NCBI GenBank assembly: GCA_030550225.1
Contig: JAUQPV010000003.1
Location: forward strand, 1-33,085
Direction of reading: 5' to 3'
Source: Acidobacteriota bacterium
GTDB taxonomy: Bacteria > Acidobacteriota > HRBIN11
DNA: 33,085 nucleotides
The notes under the pieces: model-generated
What the model was told of the DNA's origin: nothing
Databases searched by the model: none
What the model saw: the letters and a program-made list of their open reading frames with translations, nothing else
Part shown: in pieces, positions 20,814 to 29,879 of the stretch
How the letters are laid out: each line of letters opens with the position of its first letter
Position numbering within the stretch: the first letter of the stretch is position 1
Made by a program: the position numbers and the translations under genes

Positions 20814-21947
20814 TCAAAACCGGAAGACGACGACGGGGTCGACCCGGAGGGCTTTCCGGATGGCGACCAGGGAGGATAGCGTGCACATCGCCATCGTGAG
20901 GCCGATCACGACGACATACAGCTCAGAGGGGATCAACAGCCAGAGCTGGAGGCGCTCGTAGAGTGGAACGGTCAGGAGCGTGATCAGGAGACCCGCCAGG
21001 TAGCCCAGGAGGCCGCTGGCCCAGCCTTGGAGTAGGATGACCTGGGCCAGCTCCTGATTCGTCGTGCCCATCGCCTTCAGGGTCCCGTACTCCCGCAAGT
21101 GTTCCATCGTCGACGCATAGATCGTCTGGCCCACGATGGCCGTCCCGACCAGGAATCCCAACAAGACGGTCACCCCGATGCCGAGGCCCAGGCCCGTCTG
21201 GATGCTCCAGTACCGCCGCGTCTTCCAGGACCACTCGGCCTTCGTATATACGTCGACACCCCGGAGCTCGGGCCATGCCCGCAGACGCCGGACAAAAGCT
21301 CTCGGGTCCTGGCCGGGTTTCAACTTCACGACGATGAAGGTCGTCGTGTCAGGCGTGACGATCCGGGAGTAATGGCGGGCCATTCGCAGGGACGTGAAGG
21401 CGATGGGGTATGTCGTGAAGGACTTGACGCCCCGGGAGAAGCCCACGATGCGGGTCTTCTGCCAGAAGACCTCGACCTCGTCGCCGACCCGAAGGGGCCC
21501 GAGTCGCCGGAGGGACGAAATGTCCAGGATGATCCCCGCCTGACCCCGCAGGTCTTGGATCGAACCCTCGGCCATCTCCCAGGGTCCGCCGACGCCCGTG
21601 TCCAGGTTGAAGCCGATGACCTGCACGGACTCGGTCGCTCCTGACGGGAGCTTCATCAGGCCCCAACTCATCACGATCTCCTCGGCCCACTCGACTTCCG
21701 GGAGGGATCGGACCTTAGAGAGTTTGCGAAGGGGAAAGGGTCGGGCCGAGTCGAAGTTGACGGCGTGCTCGCTCGTGATCCATACGTCGCCCGGCGTATG
21801 GTCGATGAGGATGGACGCACTGCTGACGAAGCCCAGGTAGGCCCCCAACTGGGCAAACATCAAGACGACGGCGAACGTCACGCCGATGAGGGTGATGAGC
21901 GTACGGACCTTGTCGTACCAAAGGTTCTTCCAAGCCAACCGGTACAT
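20814..21947 (-). CDS. ABC transporter permease (MacB/FtsX-like, DevC-type)
   Basis: LAWKNL..DK.R start, large periplasmic domain, REYGTLKAMG, C-terminal ALRVDP..VFR. Confidence 0.88.
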   Translation of the reverse strand: MYRLAWKNLWYDKVRTLITLIGVTFAVVLMFAQLGAYLGFVSSASILIDHTPGDVWITSEHAVNFDSARPFPLRKLSKVRSLPEVEWAEEIVMSWGLMKLPSGATESVQVIGFNLDTGVGGPWEMAEGSIQDLRGQAGIILDISSLRRLGPLRVGDEVEVFWQKTRIVGFSRGVKSFTTYPIAFTSLRMARHYSRIVTPDTTTFIVVKLKPGQDPRAFVRRLRAWPELRGVDVYTKAEWSWKTRRYWSIQTGLGLGIGVTVLLGFLVGTAIVGQTIYASTMEHLREYGTLKAMGTTNQELAQVILLQGWASGLLGYLAGLLITLLTVPLYERLQLWLLIPSELYVVVIGLTMAMCTLSSLVAIRKALRVDPVVVFRF

Positions 21948-22033
21948 CGGCTAAGCTCCGGGACGGCGTGATTCATCGCTCATAGGTCCTGAGGGGGAGC
22001 CGACGCCCCATCAGCCATGACTCACGAGCCGTC

Positions 22034-23080
22034 TCAGCCCGCCGCCCCGGTGGGACTCGTGACCTCGGGGAAGGTCGCCGGGCCGATGACCCAGAGAGGG
22101 CCGGGGGGCGTCCGGAATCGGCCCTCGATCTCCAGCATCGGCGGCCAGGCGGACCATCCGACAATACGACCCATCCCGGAGGCATACCCGTCGGGCCGGA
22201 CGTCGCCGACCAGCCGGTGGCGCCATTGGGGGATCGGGTGGACCTGGACCTGATACTGGGGGAAGACTTCTCGGAGCCGATGATAGACGACCGGCGAGAG
22301 GGCCTCTCGGGTGAGGACCCAGACCTTCCGCGGCGTCTGTTCGGCATATACCAAGAAGTCCCCCAGGGCGTTCAGCATCCGGTCCCACTCGGGGGGCGTC
22401 GCCAGGGCCCCCAAGCCTGTGCAGTCGCTGATGAGATACGGGTCGATGGGCACATGAATACGCTGGACGTCGCTGAACCATCGTTGGAACATCTGATGCC
22501 GACGTTGGGCCCGCTCGGAGGGCGGCTTCGGTCGGACCCGCCCGTGGGGTTCCACGACAAACAGCTCGACGTCCGCCCAGGGGGCCAGCAAAGAGGCCCA
22601 CGGATGTTCGCCCCCGGGCCACGTCAGGAGGACAACCGTGCAGGGCCGGAGGCTCATCAGCAGGGTCCACTTGTATTCCCGTCCGACGGCGTCGTCGATC
22701 AGGCCGTCCGTGTCGACCAAGACCGTCGCATGACGCTGGCGGGCATACTGAACGACCCGCCGGATGGCGTCGACCGTCTGCAGAAGCCGGCCCGTCGGGT
22801 GCGTCGCCCCGACGAAAACACAAGCCTCCGGGAGGTACGCCTCGACGTCCGGTCGCCGGGGGTCCCACGGGGCATAGCTGATCAGGCCGGGGGCCCCAAA
22901 GAGACATTGACCCAGGTCGGCACTGACCAGACCGATGTCGACGTCCGGATACAGGTTGCAGTACTGCCGGACCCAGGTCGACTTGCCGCTGTCGATGGGT
23001 CCCATCAGGACGACGACGCCCCGGGGTGGTTTAAGGGTTTGCAGACTGGTGTCCCAAGTCAGCGCTCTTCCGTGCTTCAT
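22034..23080 (-). CDS. Clp1/Grc3/Nol9-family polynucleotide 5'-OH kinase
   Basis: Walker A GPIDSGKST, ADLGQ...PG, FVG, VDTDG, basic lid ERAQRR in Clp1-family order. Confidence 0.85.
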   Translation of the reverse strand: MKHGRALTWDTSLQTLKPPRGVVVLMGPIDSGKSTWVRQYCNLYPDVDIGLVSADLGQCLFGAPGLISYAPWDPRRPDVEAYLPEACVFVGATHPTGRLLQTVDAIRRVVQYARQRHATVLVDTDGLIDDAVGREYKWTLLMSLRPCTVVLLTWPGGEHPWASLLAPWADVELFVVEPHGRVRPKPPSERAQRRHQMFQRWFSDVQRIHVPIDPYLISDCTGLGALATPPEWDRMLNALGDFLVYAEQTPRKVWVLTREALSPVVYHRLREVFPQYQVQVHPIPQWRHRLVGDVRPDGYASGMGRIVGWSAWPPMLEIEGRFRTPPGPLWVIGPATFPEVTSPTGAAG

Positions 23081-23927
23081 GGAACCGCACCCACATCGGC
23101 GTCCCCAGCTTCCGCGCCGAGATAATCATCGCGTATCCCCGCAAGGGAAACGCCAGGTAGTCGAACCGTGTCAAGGCCCACAGGAGGGGGTACACCCGCC
23201 GGTACCACCGGAACGCCCCTTCGAGGGGCTGGAAGTCCGCCTCCGAGGTCGGGGCAATGACACCGTCCCGAGGAGCCGCACGTATGGCCGACACCCGCCG
23301 CCGTTGCTTCCGGACGTAATACCAGTTCATCAGCATTTCGATGCCCTCGGTCAGGAACCGGGCGTAGGTCACGACCCGCTCGACCTCGAAGCCCCGGTAT
23401 ACGAGGGCCTGATATAAGTCCTCCGGGCGGTACCCCTCGCGGACGTGGCCATAGTGTTCTAACCGAAGGCCCAACCGGGGCTTGACCCGATTGAGCAGAT
23501 ACCGACGGCCCGTGCAGGGCGTGCCGATGATCAGACGACCGCCGGGTTTCACCAAGCCACAGAGCTCGTCCAGACACGCCCGGTCGTCTTCGATATGCTC
23601 CATGTAATCCAGCGAGACCACGACGTCGAAGCTCTCGGGCCGAAAGGGCAGACCCCGGGTATCGACCTGGACGACGTTGGTCTCGACGACCCGACGGGTC
23701 TCTTGGACGTGGACGGTATCCAGATCGGCCGAGACCCACCAGCCGCCCATCTGCCGCAAGAAGTAACTGAGAGCCCCCTTCGCACAGCCAAGCTCCAGAC
23801 ATCGGACCGTCGGCGGCAGGTCCCGCAGGAGATACCGCAGGATAGTCAGCTTCTCCCGCTTCTTAAAGGAATACCGCGCCAGGCGAACCTGCCAGGGTTC
23901 GGGCGTCGGAGCCACCCTCGAGTTCAT
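23031..23927 (-). CDS. Class I SAM-dependent methyltransferase
   Basis: LELGCAKG motif I, LPFRPESFDVVVSLDYMEHIEDD, VKPGGRL. Confidence 0.9.
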   Translation of the reverse strand: MNSRVAPTPEPWQVRLARYSFKKREKLTILRYLLRDLPPTVRCLELGCAKGALSYFLRQMGGWWVSADLDTVHVQETRRVVETNVVQVDTRGLPFRPESFDVVVSLDYMEHIEDDRACLDELCGLVKPGGRLIIGTPCTGRRYLLNRVKPRLGLRLEHYGHVREGYRPEDLYQALVYRGFEVERVVTYARFLTEGIEMLMNWYYVRKQRRRVSAIRAAPRDGVIAPTSEADFQPLEGAFRWYRRVYPLLWALTRFDYLAFPLRGYAMIISARKLGTPMWVRFHEARKSADLGHQSANP

Positions 23928-23975
23928 CAGGTCACCCGAGTGGGATGTGCCGTTTGGCCTGTGAGAATCCCGTTG

Positions 23976-24063
23976 GGTGCTGGGTATTAGGTGTTAGGTG
24001 TTGGGTATTAGGTGTTAGGTGTTGGGTTCTTGGAGAAGGACCCAGCACCTAACACCCAACACC
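23976..24063. repeat. Heptamer array (GGTRTTR) x7 followed by inverted copies
   Basis: GGTGCTG GGTATTA GGTGTTA GGTGTTG GGTATTA GGTGTTA GGTGTTG (23976-24024, with a 21-nt super-period); CAGCACC TAACACC CAACACC (24043-24063). Confidence 0.9.
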
Positions 24064-24070
24064 TGCCGAC

Positions 24071-24409
24071 CTACTCGTGGGTCTCGATGAGAACGACGAG
24101 GCTCTGGTCACCCAGGGCAAAGGCTTGGTTCACGATGCCCGTCACACGAACCCGTTCACCCACCCGGGGTACCGCTCCCTGCGTGACGACCGGGATTTCA
24201 CCCGTGGCGTCCCGGACGATGAAGTAACGGACGACTAATAGGTTCACGCCCTGTGTGACCTCACCGGCGATAGTGACCTTCTTCCCGTGATAGGTCCGCG
24301 GGTGGTCCAGGATGTCCCGGATCGACGTGGTCCTCAGGACACATGCCGGGCCGGCCAGGAGTCCGAACCCCACGAGGGCCGCGTACCGAAGCAGTAAAAC
24401 GACCCTCAT
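24071..24409 (-). CDS. Exported OB-fold protein, possible lipoprotein
   Basis: Signal-like N-terminus ending GPAC; GKKVTIAGEV...F.VRDATGEIPVV...GERVRVTG beta-barrel pattern; GGAG SD and TATAAT (24449-24444) upstream. Confidence 0.75.
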   Translation of the reverse strand: MRVVLLLRYAALVGFGLLAGPACVLRTTSIRDILDHPRTYHGKKVTIAGEVTQGVNLLVVRYFIVRDATGEIPVVTQGAVPRVGERVRVTGIVNQAFALGDQSLVVLIETHE

Positions 24410-24512
24410 GCATGCTCTCCGGGAGTGTGTCCGGATGATCCTGATTATATGGAGTTACGGCCTCGCCTGCCCACCCCACCCTCGCCATGATGACAGTCAG
24501 TCACCATCGGCC

Positions 24513-24570
24513 TCATGGCGAACGGCGGATCATATCTCCCCATTCGCCATTCGCTACTCGCTGTTTGCTT
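24513..24570. repeat. Inverted heptamer pair (ATGGCGA / ATTCGCC)
   Basis: ATGGCGA ACGGCGG ... ATTCGCC ATTCGCT ACTCGCT GTTTGCT. Confidence 0.65.
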
Positions 24571-24669
24571 TTCTCGAAGGGTCGGAAAGGCTGAATCCAT
24601 ACGGGCTTCCACGGGCCGAACGGTTCTTAGATGCATGAGATCACCCTCAAAAATCCCTGGGGTGGACGA

Positions 24670-25230
24670 CTAAGCCGAACGACTGTCATTCCCAGGGGCC
24701 GAACGACTCTGGTAGATCAGCGTAGTTCCCTGAACTTGCACGCCGGCCGTGAGCCGATGAACTTGGCGGCGGGTCGGCGTCAGGATGTGCTCGACCCGCA
24801 GGCCCCGGACAGTCAGGGCGTCCGACAGAAGCCACCGATGGCATCGCCAGGGTAGAGCCTCGGCGCACATGTAGGCCAGCCGGTAGCGCTCGGTCAGCTC
24901 GATGATCACCCGGACGGCCTGGTCAAACTCGGGGGTCTCCATGTAGTCGGCGTAGCCCCGAAAGCCGGGGCTCGTCAGGCCCCGATGGGGCGAGTCGGGC
25001 CGGGGCGTCCGCCACCCGCCGAGTTCGGGAAAGTGTCGATACGTGATGCCGTACGGCGCCAGGGCGTCCGGCAAGGTATCCTTGTTGAACTGGGGATTCC
25101 GTCGAGACCGGGGGACCGTCCGAATGTCCGCCAGAAATTCGACACCGTGAGCCGTCAGGAGCCGGATGAAGTCCTCCAACGACCGGTTCGAATGGCCAAC
25201 CGTAAAGACCGTTCGAACGACTGATTCCAT
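24670..25230 (-). CDS. DUF488 family protein
   Basis: TVGHSNR, DIRTVPRSR.NPQF, LGG.R, YMCAE..PWRCHR; start placed at ATG 25230. Confidence 0.9.
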   Translation of the reverse strand: MESVVRTVFTVGHSNRSLEDFIRLLTAHGVEFLADIRTVPRSRRNPQFNKDTLPDALAPYGITYRHFPELGGWRTPRPDSPHRGLTSPGFRGYADYMETPEFDQAVRVIIELTERYRLAYMCAEALPWRCHRWLLSDALTVRGLRVEHILTPTRRQVHRLTAGVQVQGTTLIYQSRSAPGNDSRSA

Positions 25231-25239
25231 AGTCGAGAG

Positions 25240-25327
25240 TCTCGGATGCGAGATGCGGGCTGCGGGTGTCGGGTGTTTAGGGGTCAGACTCTTCGGGGCT
25301 CCCTGAACCCCGAACACCTAACACCGC
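25240..25327. repeat. Inverted heptamer arrays (GGTGTYR / GATGCGR)
   Basis: GATGCGA GATGCGG GCTGCGG GTGTCGG GTGTTTA ... GAACCCC GAACACC TAACACC. Confidence 0.7.
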
Positions 25328-25335
25328 CTCTTTTT

Positions 25336-25755
25336 TCAGGGTTCGCCAAAGATCTTGCCGACGACGACCCGCTCCCGGGGATGAATGTCAAAGTTGAAGA
25401 GGACGATTTGCTGCCACGTCCCGAGGTCCAGCCGGCCCTTCGTGATGGGGACGGTCAGGGAAGGGCCCACGACGGTCGCCCGGACGTGGCTCCGGCCGTT
25501 GCCGTCGTTCCAAGTCCGGTGATGGGCGTAGTCGATATCGGAAGGGGCGATCCGCTCCATCGCGTCGAAGATGTCCTTCCGAAGGCCAGGCTCGAATTCC
25601 ATCGTGCTGAGGGCGCAGGTCGAGCCTTGAGCAAACAGGACGACGAAGCCCTCGCGGACGCCCGCGGCTCGGACCTGTTCTTGGACATGGGTCGTGATGT
25701 CGGCGGACGTCTCGGCCTCCATCCGAAAGGAGAGCTGGAAACTATAGAGCTTCAT
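25336..25755 (-). CDS. yjbQ: YjbQ (UPF0047) family protein
   Basis: DIT..V, E.EPGL..D, Y.HH...DGNGRSH, LGTWQQI; ATG 25755 after AGGAGG. Confidence 0.9.
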   Translation of the reverse strand: MKLYSFQLSFRMEAETSADITTHVQEQVRAAGVREGFVVLFAQGSTCALSTMEFEPGLRKDIFDAMERIAPSDIDYAHHRTWNDGNGRSHVRATVVGPSLTVPITKGRLDLGTWQQIVLFNFDIHPRERVVVGKIFGEP

Positions 25756-25765
25756 CGGCCGCCTC

Positions 25766-26644
25766 CTATGATCCCCGATCGCCGAAGTACTTTCCGACGA
25801 TGGGCCAGAGTTTCTCGAGGGTCGCCCGGGGGACACACTGGGGGTCCGTGATAAAGGCGTCCTTCAGGGCCGAGGGACACGGACACTGGCGTTGGAGGGG
25901 CAGGAAGTCCATGACTTTCCGGATAATGCGTTGGGCTTTCTCCAGGTTCTCCTGGAGGACCCGGATGACCATCTCGGCTGTCACGGGTTCGGCGTGCTCG
26001 TACCAGCAGTCGTAGTCGGTCGCCATCGCGATGGTGGCATAACAGATCTCGGCCTCCCGGGCGAGCCAAGCCTCCGGTAGGTTCGTCATCCCGATGACGT
26101 CTACGTTCCACGTCCGGTAGGTCTCGGATTCCGCTTTCGTACTGAACTGAGGCCCCTCGATGCAGAGGTAGGTCCCCCCGAATTGGGTCTCGACGCCGAC
26201 CTGCTGGGCCGCCGTGTAAAGGGCCATGCTCAGTTCGGGACAGACGGGATGAGCGAAGCTGACGTGGGCCACGAGGCCCTCCCCGAAAAAGGTCCGTTCC
26301 CGCAGACGCGTCCGGTCGAAGAACTGGTCGGGGATGACCATCATGCCCGGTCGGATGGCCTCCTTCATGCTCCCGACGGCGCTGACCGAGATCAGCCATT
26401 CGACGCCGAGGACCTTAAACCCGTAAATATTGGCCCGGAAGTTGATCTCGGTCGGGAGCTTGACGTGGCCGACGCCGTGGCGGGGCAAGAAGGCCACGGC
26501 ATGAGGCCCCAGGCGCCCGATGACGTAAGGGCCCGAGGGCTCGCCGAAGGGCGTCGAGACCGTGTACTCGCCCTGGACCTCCAAGTCCTTCATCCGGTAG
26601 AGGCCGCTTCCGCCGATGATGCCGATCCGGATGGGTTCCGTCAT
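25766..26644 (-). CDS. mtnP: S-methyl-5'-thioadenosine phosphorylase
   Basis: IGIIGGSGLY, TPFGEPS, FLPRHG, EGPQFSTKAES, GMTNLPEA.LAREAE, TDYDCW. Confidence 0.93.
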   Translation of the reverse strand: MTEPIRIGIIGGSGLYRMKDLEVQGEYTVSTPFGEPSGPYVIGRLGPHAVAFLPRHGVGHVKLPTEINFRANIYGFKVLGVEWLISVSAVGSMKEAIRPGMMVIPDQFFDRTRLRERTFFGEGLVAHVSFAHPVCPELSMALYTAAQQVGVETQFGGTYLCIEGPQFSTKAESETYRTWNVDVIGMTNLPEAWLAREAEICYATIAMATDYDCWYEHAEPVTAEMVIRVLQENLEKAQRIIRKVMDFLPLQRQCPCPSALKDAFITDPQCVPRATLEKLWPIVGKYFGDRGS

Positions 26645-27447
26645 GGCCCACCTCCGTGGGGTTCTCGAAAGATGATATGTTCGACCGACAAGGCTCGGCC
26701 CGTGTCGGCGTCGGCTACGACGTAGAGGCCGGCAAATTGACAGGGCCCATCGGCGACCTCCAGGTGGCGGGGAAACGTCGTGCGGAGCTTCCGGATGGCC
26801 ATCTGGACGTCCATCCCGATGACCGAATCGTAGGGACCGTTCATCCCCACGTCGGTCACGTAGGCCGTATGGCCGCCCGTCAAGATACGGGCGTCGGCCG
26901 TCGGGATGTGCGTGTGCGTCCCGAATACGACCGTGACCTTCCCGTTAAGGTACCAGCCCATGGCGTTCTTTTCAGAGGTCGCCTCGGCATGCATGTCGAC
27001 GACGATGAGGGGGGTCTCCCGTCGGATGGCCGCCAGGTGCTGGTCGACCCAGTCGAAGGGACAGGGGACCCAGGGCATCAAGACCCGGCCCTGGAGGTTG
27101 ATGACGGCGACTCGGACGCCGCCGGTCGTCTCGTACAGGCCCCAGCCCCGGCCAGGCACCCCCGCCGGGTAGTTCGCCGGCCGCAGAAGGTCCGCCATGT
27201 CGTCCAGGACCGGGATGATCTCCTTCTTATCATAGATGTGATTGCCCGAAGTCATCACGTGGATACCGTAACCCCGGAGCTCCTGGGCGATCTCCGGCGT
27301 GATGCCAAACCCGTGGGCCGCATTCTCTACGTTGGCGACGACCAGGTCCACGGGCCGCTCCCGCCGGATACGTTCCAACTGAGACCGTACGATGCGCCGG
27401 CCAGGCCGTCCGATGATGTCACCCAACAGCAAAAGGTGAACGTCCAT
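26641..27447 (-). CDS. YmdB-like (TIGR00282) metallophosphoesterase
   Basis: GDIIGRPGR, ANVENAAHG, TSGNH, VDMHAEATSEK, GTHTH, TDVGM.GP; start at 27447 or 27462. Confidence 0.93.
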   Translation of the reverse strand: MDVHLLLLGDIIGRPGRRIVRSQLERIRRERPVDLVVANVENAAHGFGITPEIAQELRGYGIHVMTSGNHIYDKKEIIPVLDDMADLLRPANYPAGVPGRGWGLYETTGGVRVAVINLQGRVLMPWVPCPFDWVDQHLAAIRRETPLIVVDMHAEATSEKNAMGWYLNGKVTVVFGTHTHIPTADARILTGGHTAYVTDVGMNGPYDSVIGMDVQMAIRKLRTTFPRHLEVADGPCQFAGLYVVADADTGRALSVEHIIFREPHGGGP

Positions 27448-27477
27448 CCCTACCCACGGCATGGAGAATCGATTAAA

Positions 27478-27530
27478 GATGCAGGATGCGAGATGGGGGA
27501 TGCAAGATACAGGGTGTTGGGTGTTGGGTC
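27478..27530. repeat. Heptamer array (GATGCAG / GGTGTTG)
   Basis: GATGCAG GATGCGA GATGGGG GATGCAA GATACAG GGTGTTG GGTGTTG. Confidence 0.8.
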
Positions 27531-27680
27531 CAGGAAGAAGGATCATCCGAAGGTCCATGGTCTGGGGTCCACGGTCCTTCTCGCCGACCCCTGGGGACCT
27601 CGGTCCCCCATCCCGAAGGGTCGACATCGGAGAGGGCGGATACCAAAATATAGGCAGAATCCGGCGCGCGAGCCTTGGTC

Positions 27681-28034
27681 ATGTTCGGGAACCTGGGATT
27701 CGGCGAAATGGTCCTGATCGCCCTCGTCATCCTGCTCTTATTTGGGCCGGACAAGCTCCCGGAGCTCCTCCGGCAGGTCGGTCGGACCATGGCCGAAATC
27801 CGGCAAGCGGCCGAACGGGCCCAGGCTGTCGTCCGGGAGGAGTTGGCCCGGACAGGCCTCGAAAAGGGTCTGGACTTGACCGACACGGCGTCCGAGACGC
27901 CGGAGGCGACCGAAGCGGCCCGACCCGGCCCGGCCGAGACTTCCCCGGAGCCTCCCGGGGAAGGGGCCGACCTCGAGACGGCGCACGAGTCCGGGCCCGA
28001 AGGGACGGAAGATGACCCCAAAGGACGTCGATAA
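27681..28034 (+). CDS. Tat translocase TatA/TatB family subunit (TatB-like)
   Basis: MFGNLGFGEMVLIALVILLLFGPDKLP plus amphipathic helix and acidic tail; overlaps tatC. Confidence 0.88.
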   Translation: MFGNLGFGEMVLIALVILLLFGPDKLPELLRQVGRTMAEIRQAAERAQAVVREELARTGLEKGLDLTDTASETPEATEAARPGPAETSPEPPGEGADLETAHESGPEGTEDDPKGRR

Positions 28035-28788
28035 GCCGCTCCCCCTCTTGCAACATTTAGCCGACTTGCGGCGGTGTTTTTTGAACAGTCTGGCGGGGAT
28101 TTTCGTCGGGATGGTCGTCGCCTGGTTCCTCCGCCGGTGGCTCTTGGCCGAGCTCCTCCGGCCCCTCCGGCCCTACCTGCCGCCGGGGATGGGCCTGACC
28201 GTCTTGAGCTTGACGGAGGCCTTCATCTTTTACGTAAAACTTTCCTTCTTTGGGGGCATCTTCCTGGCGTCCCCCTGGGTCCTCTGGCAGGTGTGGCGCT
28301 TCGTGGCCCCGGGGCTGTATGCCCACGAGAAGCGGGCTCTCGTGGGCCTGATCGCCTTCAGTACGGTCTGCTTCTTGGCCGGCGGCTACTTCGGGTATCG
28401 GGTCCTCATGCCCCTGACGTGTCGGTTCCTGATCGACGTCAGCCAGGACTTTCATCTCCTGATCACGACGACCAGCTATCTATCGTTCTTCTTACACCTC
28501 ATCCTGGGCGTCGCCCTGACATTTGAAATGCCCGTCTTTACGCTTCTGCTGGCGCGGCTGGGGATCGTCTCGGCTCGGTCGCTGTGGAAGTTCTGGCGGA
28601 TCGCCGTCGTGGCCAGCTTCGTGGTCGCCGCCGTGATCACGCCCAGCGGGGACATGATTACCCAGACCGTCCTGGCCGTTCCCCTGGTGGGCCTCTACTT
28701 CGTGAGCGTCTTGGTCGCCTGGCTGTTTGGCAAGCGGCCCCAGGCGAAGGTGGCGGCCCGGGAGCGGGAAATCGAGAGCGCCCCATAG
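28012..28788 (+). CDS. tatC: Tat translocase TatC
   Basis: HLADLR, QVWRFVAPGLY.HEK, FEMP, AAVITP.GD; six TM segments. Confidence 0.96.
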   Translation: MTPKDVDKPLPLLQHLADLRRCFLNSLAGIFVGMVVAWFLRRWLLAELLRPLRPYLPPGMGLTVLSLTEAFIFYVKLSFFGGIFLASPWVLWQVWRFVAPGLYAHEKRALVGLIAFSTVCFLAGGYFGYRVLMPLTCRFLIDVSQDFHLLITTTSYLSFFLHLILGVALTFEMPVFTLLLARLGIVSARSLWKFWRIAVVASFVVAAVITPSGDMITQTVLAVPLVGLYFVSVLVAWLFGKRPQAKVAAREREIESAP

Positions 28789-28884
28789 ACCCCAGATCAT
28801 GGACTTCATAAGACCACCGGAATGCTTCGTCTCGAGATGAGGCGCACCGAAGCCCCGCGACGGGTCTGGGGTCTAAGGTCTCTC

Positions 28885-28913
28885 TTGTATCCCCCCGCTC
28901 GCCGGTCTATGAT
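28885..28913 (+). promoter_or_regulatory. Sigma70-type promoter for galU
   Basis: TTGTAT, 17 nt, TATGAT, 20 nt upstream of the ATG. Confidence 0.6.
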
Positions 28914-28933
28914 GGTCCTGAAGGGGATCAGGA

Positions 28934-29830
28934 ATGAAGACATTTCATCGAGTTCGAAAAGCCATCTTTCCGGTCGCGGGGCTCGGCACCCGCTTTTTAC
29001 CGGCGACGAAGGCGCTTCCCAAGGAGATGCTTCCGGTCGTCGATAAGCCCGTGATCCAGTATATCGTCGAGGAAGCCCTGGCGGCGGGCTTGACGGACAT
29101 CGTGTTCATCACGGGACGGGGTAAGGAGGCCATCGAGAATCACTTTGACGTGAGTCTCGAGCTCGAGCGCATCCTGGAGGAACGGCAGGAGCTGGAAAAG
29201 CTCCAGGTCGTGCGGGATACCTCTAATATGGTCCACGTCGCCTACGTGCGGCAAAAAGTTCCCCAGGGCCTTGGGCATGCCGTCCTCTGTGCGGCGCCCT
29301 TCGTAGACGACGACGAACCCTTTGCCGTCTTGTTAGGCGACGACCTGATCGTGGCGGACGTGCCAGCCATTCAGCCCCTGATCGCCTGGAGTCAGGAGGC
29401 CCAGGCGCCTGTCATCGGCGTCCAGCCGGTCCATGAGTCCGAAGTCTCGGCCTATGGGGTGATCGACGGCGTACCGGTTCATGCGGGCATCTACCGGGTC
29501 CGGGGCCTGGTGGAAAAGCCCTCGCCCGAGGCGGCACCCTCCCGACTGGCTATCATCGGTCGGTACGTCTTACACCACGACATCTTCCGTTATATCGAGG
29601 CGACATCCCCGGACACCCGAGGTGAGATTCAGCTCACGGATGCCCTCCAGGCGTGGGTCCAGGATGGCCGCCCCCTGTATGCTGTCGAGATCCGGGGCCG
29701 CCGCTACGACACGGGGAGCAAGCTGGGATTCCTCCAAGCGAACATCGAGCTGGGCCTCCAGCACCCGGACGTGGGGCCCGCCTTGCAGGCATACCTGCGG
29801 GCCCTGCTCCGACGGATTGCGCCTGAATAG
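28934..29830 (+). CDS. galU: UTP--glucose-1-phosphate uridylyltransferase
   Basis: PVAGLGTRFLPATKALPKEMLP, GLGHAV, VEKP, GEIQLTDA. Confidence 0.97.
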   Translation: MKTFHRVRKAIFPVAGLGTRFLPATKALPKEMLPVVDKPVIQYIVEEALAAGLTDIVFITGRGKEAIENHFDVSLELERILEERQELEKLQVVRDTSNMVHVAYVRQKVPQGLGHAVLCAAPFVDDDEPFAVLLGDDLIVADVPAIQPLIAWSQEAQAPVIGVQPVHESEVSAYGVIDGVPVHAGIYRVRGLVEKPSPEAAPSRLAIIGRYVLHHDIFRYIEATSPDTRGEIQLTDALQAWVQDGRPLYAVEIRGRRYDTGSKLGFLQANIELGLQHPDVGPALQAYLRALLRRIAPE

Positions 29831-29879
29831 TTCATAAGATGGGCAGATAGGCCGACCGGCCTAAACGTGTAAGGGACCG

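Noticed and set aside
23976-24063. Possible CRISPR array
   Set aside because: Units are 7-nt tandem repeats with no unique spacers, and there are no cas genes.
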